A stretch of 64,000 nucleotides of DNA from Octopus bimaculoides (Eukaryota), in contig NC_068985.1 of NCBI RefSeq assembly GCF_001194135.2, forward strand, positions 62,999,204 to 63,063,203. The letters run 5' to 3'. Position numbers and translations under genes: made by a program. The notes beneath the pieces were generated by a model. The model saw nothing but the letters and a program-made list of their open reading frames with translations. It had not been told where the DNA came from and ran no database searches. Within the stretch, counting starts at the first letter, position 1; each line of letters begins with the position of its first letter. Positions 50,206 to 63,960 of this stretch are shown here, piece after piece.

Positions 50206-50929
50206 NNNNNNNNNNNNNNNNNNNNNNNNNNNNNNNNNNNNNNNNNNNNNNNNNNNNNNNNNNNNNNNNNNNNNNNNNNNNNNNNNNNNNNNNNNNNNNN
50301 NNNNNNNNNNNNNNNNNNNNNNNNNNNNNNNNNNNNNNNNNNNNNNNNNNNNNNNNNNNNNNNNNNNNNNNNNNNNNNNNNNNNNNNNNNNNNNNNNNNN
50401 NNNNNNNNNNNNNNNNNNNNNNNNNNNNNNNNNNNNNNNNNNNNNNNNNNNNNNNNNNNNNNNNNNNNNNNNNNNNNNNNNNNNNNNNNNNNNNNNNNNN
50501 NNNNNNNNNNNNNNNNNNNNNNNNNNNNNNNNNNNNNNNNNNNNNNNNNNNNNNNNNNNNNNNNNNNNNNNNNNNNNNNNNNNNNNNNNNNNNNNNNNNN
50601 NNNNNNNNNNNNNNNNNNNNNNNNNNNNNNNNNNNNNNNNNNNNNNNNNNNNNNNNNNNNNNNNNNNNNNNNNNNNNNNNNNNNNNNNNNNNNNNNNNNN
50701 NNNNNNNNNNNNNNNNNNNNNNNNNNNNNNNNNNNNNNNNNNNNNNNNNNNNNNNNNNNNNNNNNNNNNNNNNNNNNNNNNNNNNNNNNNGTAAATTGCG
50801 AAAAAAACAATCAAACTGTTTTTGCAATGGCTTGTGTTAATAAAAGATAAAAAATTATCAGTGATTATTTGATGAAGAATATGGACTGATAATTATTTAT
50901 TCATAGAAGTGTAAAGGGAAACTCTGTGT

Positions 50930-50969
<40 letters not shown>

Positions 50970-51763
50970 GTGTGTTTGAGTGGGTATGTGTGTATTTGTT
51001 AGAGTGTCTGTGCTTGAGTGAGTGTTCGTGTGTATATAAATGTATGTGTGTATTTCTCTGCACGTGTGCGTTTGTGTGAGTGGGGAATTTGTGTCAGTGT
51101 GTATATATGTGGTGAATGTATGTCACTGTATATATGTGCACTTGTGTGTATGTCTCTGTATGTGTATGTCCCTGTATGTGTATGTGGGTGTGAGTGGATG
51201 AGTTTGTGTGTCTGTACGTGCGTGAGCGTATGTGAATGTGTGAGTATGCATATAATTTGTGATGAATGTGTGTGCGTGTGTGTCTTTCATTATTTGTAAA
51301 AATTCCGTAGGTGTTTATAAAAAGTACAAATTCTAAAGCCATTATTTAACCAAACATGAGGAATACGAAAATTCAAAAGAAAACACAGCAAAACAGATCG
51401 CTGTATTTAGACAAGTTATAGCATTTTTTAAACAATCTTTACACAAACAGCAATATATTTTCAAAAGACATTAATGGAACTACTTGATTTAAGGAAACCA
51501 GTTATGAAGTGTGTATTATAATTGCGTAGAAAGCAAAACAAAATACACATCGAAAGCTTTCCTCAAGATAGTGTTGCAAGAATTTTAATTCTGGAAGAAA
51601 TCAAGATGGTTTGGGAATAATAGCTCACGAAAGAGAAAAATCGCTGACGTAGTAAAAGGACATGGCTAACAACAGCTAAGTATCCTTAAAACATTTAACA
51701 TCAAAATTTCTGTTAGAGATGTAGATGAGACAAACATACATGCGTGCGTGAGAGAGAGAGAGA

Positions 51764-51883
<120 letters not shown>

Positions 51884-52738
51884 ATGATAAATACAAGTTT
51901 ATATCATTTATTCCTGCTACGGAAAACTAGAGGGAAGAATTATATAAACTTACGTCTGTCGTACTTTCTCCTACTTTTGCACTCTCTATATCAAAATTAG
52001 TCATTCCACTACTTACAGTATTATACCAAACCGCTATATAAAAACAAAGAGAGATAAATAAGGGATATTAGTTCAGACAAGATACTTCATAAGCTCTCTG
52101 CAGGTAAAGTACTTCAGACTAACAAAAAAGTCTAACGATCGGTAGTGTACGCACCCAAATATATATGCGAAACAGCTGTAAGCCTAGAATAAATAAATAG
52201 ATAGATAAATAAATAAATGTATATAACCAATTATTTCCATTTATTTTACATATAAGTCGCAACAATGACGAAATACCGTTGTTTGTTGCTTATGAGTTGC
52301 CTCGCTTGACTATGACTTTCAGATGATTTTAATATCAGACGCATTGAGTGTATAGCCGACCCACGAACTAACAACGCATTTACCTTATGTATGTGTGTTC
52401 GATCTTGTTTATATACCTCGAGCTGCTTCTAATTCATATTTGAATTTTTCCGTGGCTTGGAACGTTCGGACATGTTGGTTTAAACCATTTAGCATATAGT
52501 CATAGTGTGCAATATGGCTTGTAGCAGGCCTTGTACGGTATGTGGCATTGATAAGTCGAAACATTGATGTCTGTCGCTCCGAGACAGAACATGATGTGAG
52601 TTGACTCGCCTGACTATGACCTACTTTCAAGTGATTTTAAAACAAATACCGGGCGCATAGAAAATATATTATCTTACGCACGAACTATTAACACATACTT
52701 CATGTAAGTGTGTTCGATTTCGCTTCTTTCTCTCTCTT

Positions 52739-52774
<36 letters not shown>

Positions 52775-52998
52775 NNNNNNNNNNNNNNNNNNNNNNNNNN
52801 NNNNNNNNNNNNNNNNNNNNNNNNNNNNNNNNNNNNNNNNNNNNNNNNNNNNNNNNNNNNNNNNNNNNNNNNNNNNNNNNNNNNNNNNNNNNNNNNNNNN
52901 NNNNNNNNNNNNNNNNNNNNNNNNNNNNNNNNNNNNNNNNACAGGTGGGGCGGAAAACAAATAGATGTATTAATATAACGCTCGGGAATTGAAAAAGT

Positions 52999-53034
52999 CT
53001 TTAACGTTTCGAGCCTACGCTCTTCCACAGAAAG
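52999..53034 (-). ncRNA. Minimal type I hammerhead-like motif (variant core)
   Basis: CUUU-CUGUGGA-A-GAGC(GUAG)GCUC-GAA-ACGU-U-AAAG; same element family as 15435-15469. Confidence 0.45.
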
Positions 53035-53090
53035 GAAGACAGATAGAGACAAGGAGAGAAAAATGTGTGTAGTGGTTAGCGATCTATCAT

Positions 53091-53130
<40 letters not shown>

Positions 53131-53304
53131 CATAATTTCCAATCACTTTTTTTACTTTATTTTTTCTTTTCTGTCTGTCTTCTGGTGAAAGACTAGCATC
53201 CCAAAGGTCAAAGCGCATCTTTCATTCTTTGAAGCGTTAGACTCATGCAACATATGTTGATTTCTTGAAATCTTGTGTCCCCCCACCCCCGTTACATATA
53301 CAAT

Positions 53305-54020
53305 GCCCGTGGCTGTGGTAAGAAGTTTGCTTCCCTACCACATGGTCCCGGCTTCAATCCCACTGCGTAGTACCTTCGGCAAGTGGCTTCTACTATAGCC
53401 TCGGGCCGACTGAAGCCTTGTGAATGGATTTGGTAGACGGAAACTGAAATGAAGCCCGTCGTATGTGTGTTTGTGTGCGTGTTTATGTGTGTCTTTGTGT
53501 CTGTGCTTGTCCCCACAACCATCGCTTGACAACCAATGTTGGTGTGTTTACGTCCGCGTAACCTGGCGGTTCGGCAGAGGAGACCGGTAAAATAAGTACC
53601 AGGCTTACAAAGAATAAGTCCTGGGGTCGATTACTTCGAGTAAAAGGCGGTGCTCCAACATGACCGCAGTCAAATGACTAAAACAAGTAAAAGAATATCT
53701 TTACTGGGATGTGCTTGTCAGCTGCACCAGGCGCTGCACTGTCATGACTTTTACTCAAGAATAAACACAAGCTTTATGTTGTTTCTCTATGGAAAATAAG
53801 GTTTCACTTAATCATTGTTTCAAAGAACTATGATACGCTTTAATTAGAAACAGGTGTAGGGGTGGCTGTGTGGTAAGTAGCTTGCTTACCAACACGTGGT
53901 TCCGGGTTCAGTCACACTGCGTGGCACCTTGGGCAAGTGTCTTCTACTATAGCCTCAGGCCGACCAAAGCCTTGTTAGTGGATTTGGTAGACGGAAACTG
54001 AAAGAAGCCCGTCGTATATA
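53305..54020 (+). mobile_element. SINE family A copies (53305-53700 full; 53855-54020 head)
   Basis: Consensus head, core and tail motifs. Confidence 0.85.
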
Positions 54021-54524
54021 TGTATATATNNNNNNNNNNNNNNNNNNNNNNNNNNNNNNNNNNNNNNNNNNNNNNNNNNNNNNNNNNNNNNNNNNNNNNN
54101 NNNNNNNNNNNNNNNNNNNNNNNNNNNNNNNNNNNNNNNNNNNNNNNNNNNNNNNNNNNNNNNNNNNNNNNNNNNNNNNNNNNNNNNNNNNNNNNNNNNN
54201 NNNNNNNNNNNNNNNNNNNNNNNNNNNNNNNNNNNNNNNNNNNNNNNNNNNNNNNNNNNNNNNNNNNNNNNNNNNNNNNNNNNNNNNNNNNNNNNNNNNN
54301 NNNNNNNNNNNNNNNNNNNNNNNNNNNNNNNNNNNNNNNNNNNNNNNNNNNNNNNNNNNNNNNNNNNNNNNNNNNNNNNNNNNNNNNNNNNNNNNNNNNN
54401 NNNNNNNNNNNNNNNNNNNNNNNNNNNNNNNNNNNNNNNNNNNNNNNNNNNNNNNNNNNNNNNNNNNNNNNNNNNNNNNNNNNNNNNNNNNNNNNNNNNN
54501 NNNNNNNNNNNNNNNNNNNNNNNN

Positions 54525-54820
54525 GTGGCTGAGCACTCCACAGACACGTGTACCCTTAACGTAGTTCTCAGGGATATCCAGCGTGACACAGTGTGACAAG
54601 GCTGACCTTTTGAATTACAGGCACAACAGAAACAGGAAGTGAGAGAAAGTTGTGGTGAAAGAGTACAGCAGGGTTGGCCACCATCCCCTGCTGGAGCCTC
54701 GTGGAGCTTTAGGTGTTTTCGCTCAATAAACACTCACAACGCCCGATCTGGGAATCGAAACCGCAATCCTATCACCACAAGTCCGCTGCCCTAACCACTG
54801 GGCCATTGCGCCTCCACAGT
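54525..54820 (-). mobile_element. SINE family B'
   Basis: Near-identical to 40955-41350. Confidence 0.85.
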
Positions 54821-55150
54821 AACGAGCATGTTCCTTAAAGAATTCACAGCGTCTGACAAAAAGAAAAAAAAGGCGGGAATGTCAAAAGGCCACGTTGAAT
54901 TACGTTTGCTTAATGGTATGTCATAGTCGCTACAAAACTGGGGACTACACAGCAAACAATTTCCCCTGTGTCTGACACATAGAGCTCTTCATCTGTAGTA
55001 TAACACCATAGTCTTCCCTCCGGTTACCAGCATGCAAGAATTCACAATGAACGTTAGCCGCCACAGCATTCAACGTCGACCGGTTCAATAGCAAATGCCC
55101 ACAGGAAGACTTGAATGAGATACGAACACGTCACTTCTTGAACGAACAAC

Positions 55151-55196
<46 letters not shown>

Positions 55197-55577
55197 TGTG
55201 TGTGTTTGTATGTATACTCACACAGAGACACACACACATATTGTATATGTTGAAGGTCTCCACAACAAATGGCGAATATACTTTGTGTTCTAACTAGTCA
55301 ACGTATATTTAGAGAGAGACGGAGAGAGACAGAGATGGCGGGGTGAGAATTAAAGAGGGAGGGAGGGAGAGAGAAAGAGAGAGGAAAGGAGGGAATAAGA
55401 GAGTGTGCATGAGGAAGTTAGTATGTACGAAATAGAAAAAAAGATAGCAGAGAAAGCCAAAGCGAGGTGGGGAAGAGGCATAAGGAGAAAGAGGAAAGAC
55501 CTATTCACTAAAAGAGGGCGAAAGAAAAAGAAAGATGGAGGCGAACGAAAGAAAAATTAACATTCAGTACAGTGCGT

Positions 55578-55614
<37 letters not shown>

Positions 55615-55653
55615 TGTGTATGCATATGTGTTATATATAATATATATATACCC

Positions 55654-55684
<31 letters not shown>

Positions 55685-55818
55685 GTGTGTGTGTGTGCAT
55701 GTACAAAACTCTACAAAATACATAATACATTTATATAGCAAATATACGCGTACATACATGTATTCATACGTACGTAAAAAATACAATACTTGCATATACA
55801 CACACACACATACACATA

Positions 55819-55879
<61 letters not shown>

Positions 55880-56218
55880 GTGTGTGTGTGTGTGTGTGTG
55901 TGTGTACATACGTAGTCAAACCTACATGTATGTAGATATGTCTATCTATCTGTGCCTATATGTGTTTATACAGAAAGACACACACGCACATACGCCCACA
56001 CACACAAACACACACACACACGCACACACGCCCACACACACAAACAGATACATGTATACATACATATATATGCATATTTGTGTGCCTGTACATATCTATA
56101 TACCTATATACCTATATACGTCCGTATATAGATATAGATATATAGATATATATACAAGCACACATGCACACAGTTACCTATAGAAACACACACACACGCA
56201 CACACACGCACACACACG

Positions 56219-56249
<31 letters not shown>

Positions 56250-56778
56250 ATGGAGTGCAAATCGCCGAAAGCCAGTCGAACGAACAGCGAGCACAAAAGA
56301 AGTAAAAACACAGGAAAAAAAGGCGTAAATCTCGCTCACATGTTAGACATTTTTGTCATGTGACTAACAAAAGCAGCCGACAAGCAATATTGTAAAATAA
56401 ACACAGCCCACTGGGAATTATTATTATCGTTGTTAAAGCGAAAACTGATGTTTCTGGATATCTTTTACTTTCCTATTCTTCTCTTGCACTTTTTTTTTGT
56501 TGTTGTTGTTGTTCTTCTTCTTGTTGATTTTGCGGTGGTTATTTTTTTCCCCTCTTTTTNNNNNNNNNNNNNNNNNNNNNNNNNNNNNNNNNNNNNNNNN
56601 NNNNNNNNNNNNNNNNNNNNNNNNNNNNNNNNNNNNNNNNNNNNNNNNNNNNNNNNNNNNNNNNNNNNNNNNNNNNNNNNNNNNNNNNNNNNNNNNNNNN
56701 NNNNNNNNNNNNNNNNNNNNNNNNNNNNNNNNNNNNNNNNNNNNNNNNNNNNNNNNNNNNNNNNNNNNNNNNNNNNNN

Positions 56779-56831
<53 letters not shown>

Positions 56832-57192
56832 TAGATAGATAGATATACACATACATATACATATATATATATATATTTATATATATACATATATATATAT
56901 ATGTATGTATTATGTTTATGTGTGTGTGTATGTATATTTATATATATATACATACGCAAATACATATATAAACTAGGTTTATATATACATACATACACAC
57001 ACACACACATACATATATATATATACATATATAAAATAGGTTTATATATCTATATATATATATATACACACACACATACATACATATATATATAATAGGT
57101 TTATATACATACATACATAAACACACACACATATATGTAAATATATCTATATTTATACATATATATGCATAATAACTATATATGTATTAATG

Positions 57193-57244
<52 letters not shown>

Positions 57245-57637
57245 TGCTCACATAAATGTGTGCGTGCGTATGTATGTGTGTGCGTGTGTGCGTGCATATG
57301 TGTGTATGCATCTATGTATGCATGCGTGTGTATGTCTATGCATGCATATATTTGTATATATTCTGAAAGTAAAAATTTTGGTGAAACCTATAGCCTGTTA
57401 TTTTTATTTAGAACTCTGTATGGCTAAGTATGTTGCATGGTTACTCCCTAGTGTCTCTTACCATTGTAATTACAATAAACCAAATATTAGCCTCGTTGGA
57501 AACCTGTAACCAACAATGCATTTGTTTAGAAAATTCGATATGAAATACAATGAAAAGTGTGTGTGTATGTGTTATGTGCGTGCGTGCATGTGTGTATGTG
57601 TCTGTGTGTTTGCGTGAGAGTAGCTTCATCTGTCAAT

Positions 57638-57673
<36 letters not shown>

Positions 57674-57712
57674 ATATATGTCTATCTATCTATTTATCTG
57701 TTTGTCTATCTA

Positions 57713-58150
57713 CAGGGGTTGGACAAAATAATGGAAACACCTTAAAATTTCAAACAAATTTATTCTAATATGGGATAGGACCGCCTTTGGCAGTAATTAC
57801 ACCTTGAATTCTACGAAGTTTGGACTCGTACAAAGTTCGAATTGTTTCCAAAGGAATTTTTCTCCATTCTTCAGCTAAAACAGTCTCCAGTTCTTGTAGT
57901 GATGATGGTGGAGGATATCGACTCCTTACTTGCTTTTCTAAAATAGTACCATAAATTTTCAATAACACCGTGATCTGGGACTGTGGTGGCCAGATAAGAT
58001 ATTCAACTTCACTAGAATGTTCTTCGTACCATTCAGTAACAACTTTAGCTGTGTGAATTCGTGCATTTTCATGGTGAAAGATCGCATTTCCCTCCGGAAG
58101 CAGCTCCGCAACCATGGAATAGAGGAAAGTTGTAATAATACGGGATGAGA
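57713..58150 (-). mobile_element. Tc1-like element 3' fragment (catalytic C-terminus + TIR)
   Basis: TA|caggggttggacaaaataatggaaacacc at 57711-57741; LLPEGNAIFHHENARIHTAKVV...LIWPPQS...LQELETVLAEEWRKIP...ITAKGGPIPY. Confidence 0.88.
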
Positions 58151-58450
58151 TGTTTGAGCGCAGCTGTCTGGACGCAGACCGTTTGGCACATTTAATTGGG
58201 CGTTCAGTCTGTTTGACGTCAGCACGTTTTGTCACAAGAAGCAAACACGCGTGCGCACGCGAAAGCATGCACATAGGGATGAAAGAAGTGAGAAAAAGAG
58301 AAAACTTGGTAGGGGACAGAGAGAATGAAAGGGACAGAATGGGACTGAAGGGGACATTCCAATTTCCCGTAATTACCAGCGTATAATACACACTCTCGCA
58401 TAGGCCGTGATTCTATTTTACATGTATATTTTACAAGAAAAATATTTGAT

Positions 58451-58616
58451 ATGAGTGGCTGTGTGGTAAGTAGCTTGCTTACCAACCACATGGTTCTGGG
58501 TTCAGTCTCACTGCGTGGCATCTTGGGCAAGTATCTTCTACTATAGCCTCGGGCCGACCAAAGATTTGTGAGTGGATTTGGTAGACGGAAACTGAAAGAA
58601 GCCTGTCGTATATATG

Positions 58617-58650
<34 letters not shown>

Positions 58651-58860
58651 CTTGTGTGTCTGTGTTTGTCCCCCTAGTATTGCTTGACAACCGATGCTGG
58701 TGTGTTTATGTCCCCGTAACTTAGCGGTTCGGCAAAAGAGAGACCGATAGAATAAGTACTAAGCTTACAAAGAATTAGTCCCGGGGTCGATTTGCTCGAC
58801 TAAATGTTGTGCTCCAGCATGGCCACAGTCAAAGGACTGAAGGAAGTAAAAGAGAGTAAA
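58451..58860 (+). mobile_element. SINE family A, full length
   Basis: Head, core, microsatellite and tail. Confidence 0.88.
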
Positions 58861-60286
58861 GGGTAATATGTTTCATCTCAGATCCATATACTCCCCTTCT
58901 CATTCATAAAACGGTCACATTAGATGTATGGCAACTTTTTAATACATTTAAAATTTTTCAAAATAGGGCATCTTTTACGCTGGATATGTAAGGTGTTAAT
59001 TGAAAATGATTGGAATAAGCAATTTCCCCCCTCTTCTCATGCTCATGAAGAGAAGTATGGCCATACACCTAAACGTAGAGAGGAAACGTGGGTAAGGACG
59101 AGAACGAGAGAAACACTAAAACGTCTGTTGTCAAATAAATCAGCGTCGAATTAGTGACGCCAAAATTTAAAAAAAAAACGAAAAAATATAATCTGAGCTT
59201 TGGATAAGTATGGATGTAAATATTGTTATGTTTCAGTTGCATTAGACCTCATCAGCGAAGTAACTTTTCTAACATTAACCAAGCCTAATGACAAAGTAAT
59301 ACTATACGGCTGCACATTAAATCTTTTAAGTACATTTCTTGCACAGTTGTGCAGTGATTTTGCAGCACTAAATCTGATAAGCTCTGATGATATTTCACAA
59401 AACTGTAACTAATCGGGGTCACTGCAACGCTAGCAAATATCAATTAAAATTAGTATTTTATTTTCTCCGCCATTGCATGCTTAATTCTAGTTTTAATTTA
59501 CATTTCAGAGTTATCACTACTTCCTTTGATCAGATTTTAATTAACATTAGTTATTGAAATTATATTTTCCAAAGGCAATCTTAATTAATCAAAATATTAT
59601 GTTCACTACATTAAGTTTGTTAGCGCTCGATTCGTTATTGTGCTTCTCGTGGATAGCGTCCCTACGAAATACCATTCATTCATTACTAACAGATGTCTTT
59701 CGTTTGACAAAGTATCAGTTCAGTGTGCTATATACATGTATGTATTATACTTAATGTATATACACTTGATAGGCCAGTTGTCCTGAGATAACATCTTTTA
59801 TTATGAACTTACTGTGCTAAAAATAGACTTAATATGCTCAGGAGACGACAATTCATCCCGGCAGTGGTTAGCAGGAATGTTAGATGCATTTCGCCCTTAG
59901 TAGGCCTTTCAATGGAACGTATTCGTGAGCAGTCACATGATCAGATGAGAATTAATCTCCTCTGATATATGAAAATGTGAATAAAACATTCATTGATGTT
60001 GCTAATAGCTGCTCAGCTTATCGACCGTGATATATATATAGTTATTTTAATTTAATGCCATCTCAATTGCCTATACCGGATTTTTATTCAGCCCGACGGT
60101 TATTCGCAATATCGGATAACATTTCATTCATGTTTTCATATATGAGAGACGATGAATTCTCGTTCAAGCATATGGCTGGCTGCGACTAGGCGCCATTGAA
60201 AACGCCAAAAACGGCTGAAATACATCTGCTGTTCTCGCTATCCACTGCTAGGACAAATTTTCATCTTCCTTTCATATTAATTTCAG

Positions 60287-60311
60287 GACCGTAGTAACTT
60301 ACCAATCGACG
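60287..60311 (+). other. Candidate 25-nt microexon
   Basis: Long pyrimidine tract ttttcatcttcctttcatattaatttcag, then donor ACG|GTATGT. Two open frames (DRSNLPID or TVVTYQST). Confidence 0.3.
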
Positions 60312-61134
60312 GTATGTATACATTGAATATGATACATAGATGGCTATTTTAAGCTAAAAGTGCCTCAGCTGCGTATACCAGATTGTTATATACACAGTAT
60401 TTTATTGTTCAGGAAACGAATATGTAGTTAAGCAATCGTCAGCGTTCTTGTGTGTATAACTACTCTGTGATTCACTTACAATCATTTCGGAAAGCGCGGT
60501 TAAGTCTATGATTCACTGATAAAATTATAACATGGCTTAAAATGTATTTGGAGATATATCCTGTTTTTTTGCGAATATGTCTTTTTTTTTCTGTAAACAT
60601 GATATTAATTAGTGATTAAAACTTTGTTTATTCCTCATAGCATAATTATTTTTAATTAGCTTTTTAATATTACCTTCGTTATATATGTTAACGCTAACTT
60701 CTCTACTTTCGACGCTAATGCTGTCTCTGAATAATTTAATTTACATAAATATATGACTAAAGCTATTCAAGACAAGACAAGCAGACTGAGCTTACTCGTT
60801 GAGGCAGATATAACTACGTCATTTTAAAAATTCGGTTCGAAGCAACGTTATGTCTGGTTTAATCCCATTCGGCGACATCTCAAACCGTAGCCTCGTTTTG
60901 ACCACAACATTGAAAGCGAAATTTATTAGACAGTAAATTTTATAGGATCCGGTCGAAGGGTTGGTTCTTGTACTTGGATTTTTGTAGACTTCAACCACTA
61001 TTCAGTTTTAAACCATTTCATCTTTGTGTGCATCTAGTGGAAGCCATAGTTTTGCAAGATATTCGGGTAGGTTTCGGGTATTAGGTATGACCGTATGTAT
61101 GTATGCGTTTGTGTGTTTCTGTATGTATGTACTT

Positions 61135-61169
<35 letters not shown>

Positions 61170-61643
61170 NNNNNNNNNNNNNNNNNNNNNNNNNNNNNNN
61201 NNNNNNNNNNNNNNNNNNNNNNNNNNNNNNNNNNNNNNNNNNNNNNNNNNNNNNNNNNNNNNNNNNNNNNNNNNNNNNNNNNNNNNNNNNNNNNNNNNNN
61301 NNNNNNNNNNNNNNNNNNNNNNNNNNNNNNNNNNNNNNNNNNNNNNNNNNNNNNNNNNNNNNNNNNNNNNNNNNNNNNNNNNNNNNNNNNNNNNNNNNNN
61401 NNNNNNNNNNNNNNNNNNNNNNNNNNNNNNNNNNNNNNNNNNNNNNNNNNNNNNNNNNNNNNNNNNNNNNNNNNNNNNNNNNNNNNNNNNNNNNNNNNNN
61501 NNNNNNNNNNNNNNNNNNNNNNNNNNNNNNNNNNNNNNNNNNNNNNNNNNNNNNNNNNNNNNNNNNNNNNNNNNNNNNNNNNNNNNNNNNNNNNNNNNNN
61601 NNNNNNNNNNNNNNNNNNNNNNNNNNNNNNNNNNNNNNNNNNN

Positions 61644-61676
<33 letters not shown>

Positions 61677-61810
61677 ATATGTGTTTGTGTGTTTATGTAT
61701 GTATGTATTTCAACATGGCTGTTGAAATACATACGAACGGAATTGACTGTAATTGATTAACCCCAAGAGGACATTTCCCTTAAATGGTTAACGATTCACA
61801 GCCGCATTCG

Positions 61811-61962
61811 ATATATTGCGAGCGGGGAAACGAGCCCTTACCACCTTCTAGCGACGACGGGACCAGCATACCAATCTAGTTTCGGGTTATTTCTGCCTCT
61901 ATTCAGTACTGGATACCTCGTCTGCTAGAGATGGCAGTAGCTCACCTCCGCTCGCAATATAT
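61811..61962. repeat. 152-bp foldback (long imperfect hairpin, possible MITE)
   Basis: Perfect 15-bp terminal IR atatattgcgagcgg/ccgctcgcaatatat plus inner pairing blocks GAGC, CCA, TCTAGC, GACGA and CCAG. Confidence 0.75.
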
Positions 61963-62053
61963 ATATAAATTTAAGTGACACACAGTCGCTGATTTTACAA
62001 CGTACCTAAAAGCTAGTTTCTAAAATCTCTCTAGATGATCGCAGTAGATATAC

Positions 62054-62640
62054 TAGGCGCAGGAGTAGCTGTGTGGTAAGTATAGGCGCAGGAGTGGCTG
62101 TGTGGTAAGTATAGGCGCAGGAGTGGCTGTGTGGTAAGTAGCTTGCTTACCAACCACATGGTTCCGGGCTCAATTCCATTGCGTGGCACCTTGGGCAAGT
62201 GTCTTCTACTATAGCCTCGGGCCGACCAAAGCCTTGTGAGTGGATTTGGCAGACGGAAACGGAAAGAAGCCCGTCGTATATATGTATGTGTGTGTATATG
62301 TTTGTGTGTATGTGTTTATCCCCCCAACATTGCTTGACAACCGATGCTGGTGTGTTTACGTCCCCGTAACTTAGCGGTTCGGCAAAAGACACCGATCGAA
62401 TAAGAACTAGGCTTACAAAGAATAATTCCTGGAGTCGATTTGCTCGACTAAAGGCGGTGCTCCAGCATGGCCACAGTCAAGTGACTGAAACAAGTAAAAG
62501 AGTAAAAGAGTTAAAGAGATAGTATCTCTACTAAACTTTAAAAGAATAAGCGCTGGGGATGATTTGTTCGTCTAAAACCCTTCATGTCGGTGCTCCAGCA
62601 TGGGCCCCTTCTAATGACTGAAACAAGTAAAAAATTAAAG
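62054..62640 (+). mobile_element. SINE family A with a triplicated 29-bp 5' end and an extra tail
   Basis: taggcgcaggagtggctgtgtggtaagta starts at 62054, 62083 and 62112; a second decayed tail lies at 62530-62640. Confidence 0.88.
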
Positions 62641-62925
62641 ATAAATGTGCTATTACACCTATAAATAGATAAATAAATCCTTTACTTAGCTGTTAACCTA
62701 GGAATTAAAGATATTCAAAATTTTAATGAAAATTCTTCGTAATTACTCCAATGTACTTTAGTTGTTTGAATAATTCATTTAGGATAAGTTTATTTAAGCA
62801 ACTGTCTTTTAAGATTGTGATAAGCTACGCAGCTATACGTCTAATATATATAATTTAATTTATAACAAATCTACGATCTACTATCTAATTATGAATAAAT
62901 AGTGGTGCTACTTTATTTATTTTTT

Positions 62926-63361
62926 GAAATGTGTCTGCTGAGGTTTAAGAGTGTAATCCTCATTAAAATAAACTTTGGCTTATTATATGCGAGCTCTAAC
63001 ACGCTATCGTAAAGATAGCGTTTTAGCTGTAACAAGCTTTGATATGCAGGGAGTATTTAGTGTATGTTTTTACGAGGAAGTAAAAAGATAAATGGTGAAT
63101 TGCATTAAGATGTGGGGTTGAATATCGAATGAAAATTTGGGTGAAGCCTGCCTTCACGGATCGGTAAACGTATGATTATAGTATTCTAGCTATAACTATG
63201 TATTTCTGTATCTGTCTTTCTGAAATGCATCTGCTTAAGTTTAAGTGTATAATACTCATTAAAATAATCTTTGATTATTAATATGTTAATCCTAACACGC
63301 TATCTGAAAGATAGCATTTTGGCTGTAATAGTGTTTGATATATAGTGATTATTTAGTGTAT
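62926..63361. repeat. Diverged 140-bp direct duplication (period 296 bp) with an internal hairpin
   Basis: 62926-63065 versus 63222-63361; hairpins acgctatc-gtaaa-gatagcgt and acgctatc-tgaaa-gatagcat. Confidence 0.7.
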
Positions 63362-63567
63362 AAGAAGATAAGTGGTGAAATAGATAAAGACGAGAGGTGA
63401 AGTAACAACGGAATGGTTACATAAACTCTTCTTTCCCGTTTCAGCAAAGTTACCATAGAATTCTTCCAGATGTTAATACCTGGGGTTTTTTTTATGGGAA
63501 GGACCCCATATGAAAGACTATGATTTATAGTATATATAAAGGCCTTCATAAGTCTGAGATGATCTTA

Positions 63568-63645
63568 CAAATATTTACCTGTGCCACCAGGAGCATCAAG
63601 AAAGAAGATTCCTCCGCTTTTTTCTGGCGATTGTGGAACGCCCCA
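63568..63645 (-). pseudogene. Helitron PIF1 helicase Walker A fragment
   Basis: SGGIFFLDAPGGTGK matches the Helitron RepHel motif GG.FFLDAPGGTGKTF; only ~25 codons survive. Confidence 0.75.
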
Positions 63646-63960
63646 CGCACACACACACGCACACATACATACAGTATCAAACATCAAATGAAATGGACGC
63701 GTTTGAGAGACACAGAAAGAGAGCGAATGAAGGGATGTGTTGTGTATATGTCCATACATCTATTTTATATGTATGTATGCGTGTGTGTGTGAGAGAGTGA
63801 GAGAGAAAGAGGGAGAGGGAGGGATAGAGAGAGAAAGTGAGTGCCACTTAGACATCACTCTCTGTCTGTCTGTCTCGCTCTCTCTCCCTGTCTCTCTCTG
63901 AAAAAAATGTATGCATATGTATTTATGTATGTACGTATACATGATAACATACCCCTTCAC

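Noticed and set aside
54960-55155. Protein-like frame AATAFNVDRFNSKCPQEDLNEIRTRHFLNEQLR
   Set aside because: Only 33 codons, with weak splice signals, running into (TG)n.
58924-59412. Two 70-76 aa ORFs in unique sequence
   Set aside because: No motifs and no strong splice-site pair; cannot be supported from sequence alone.
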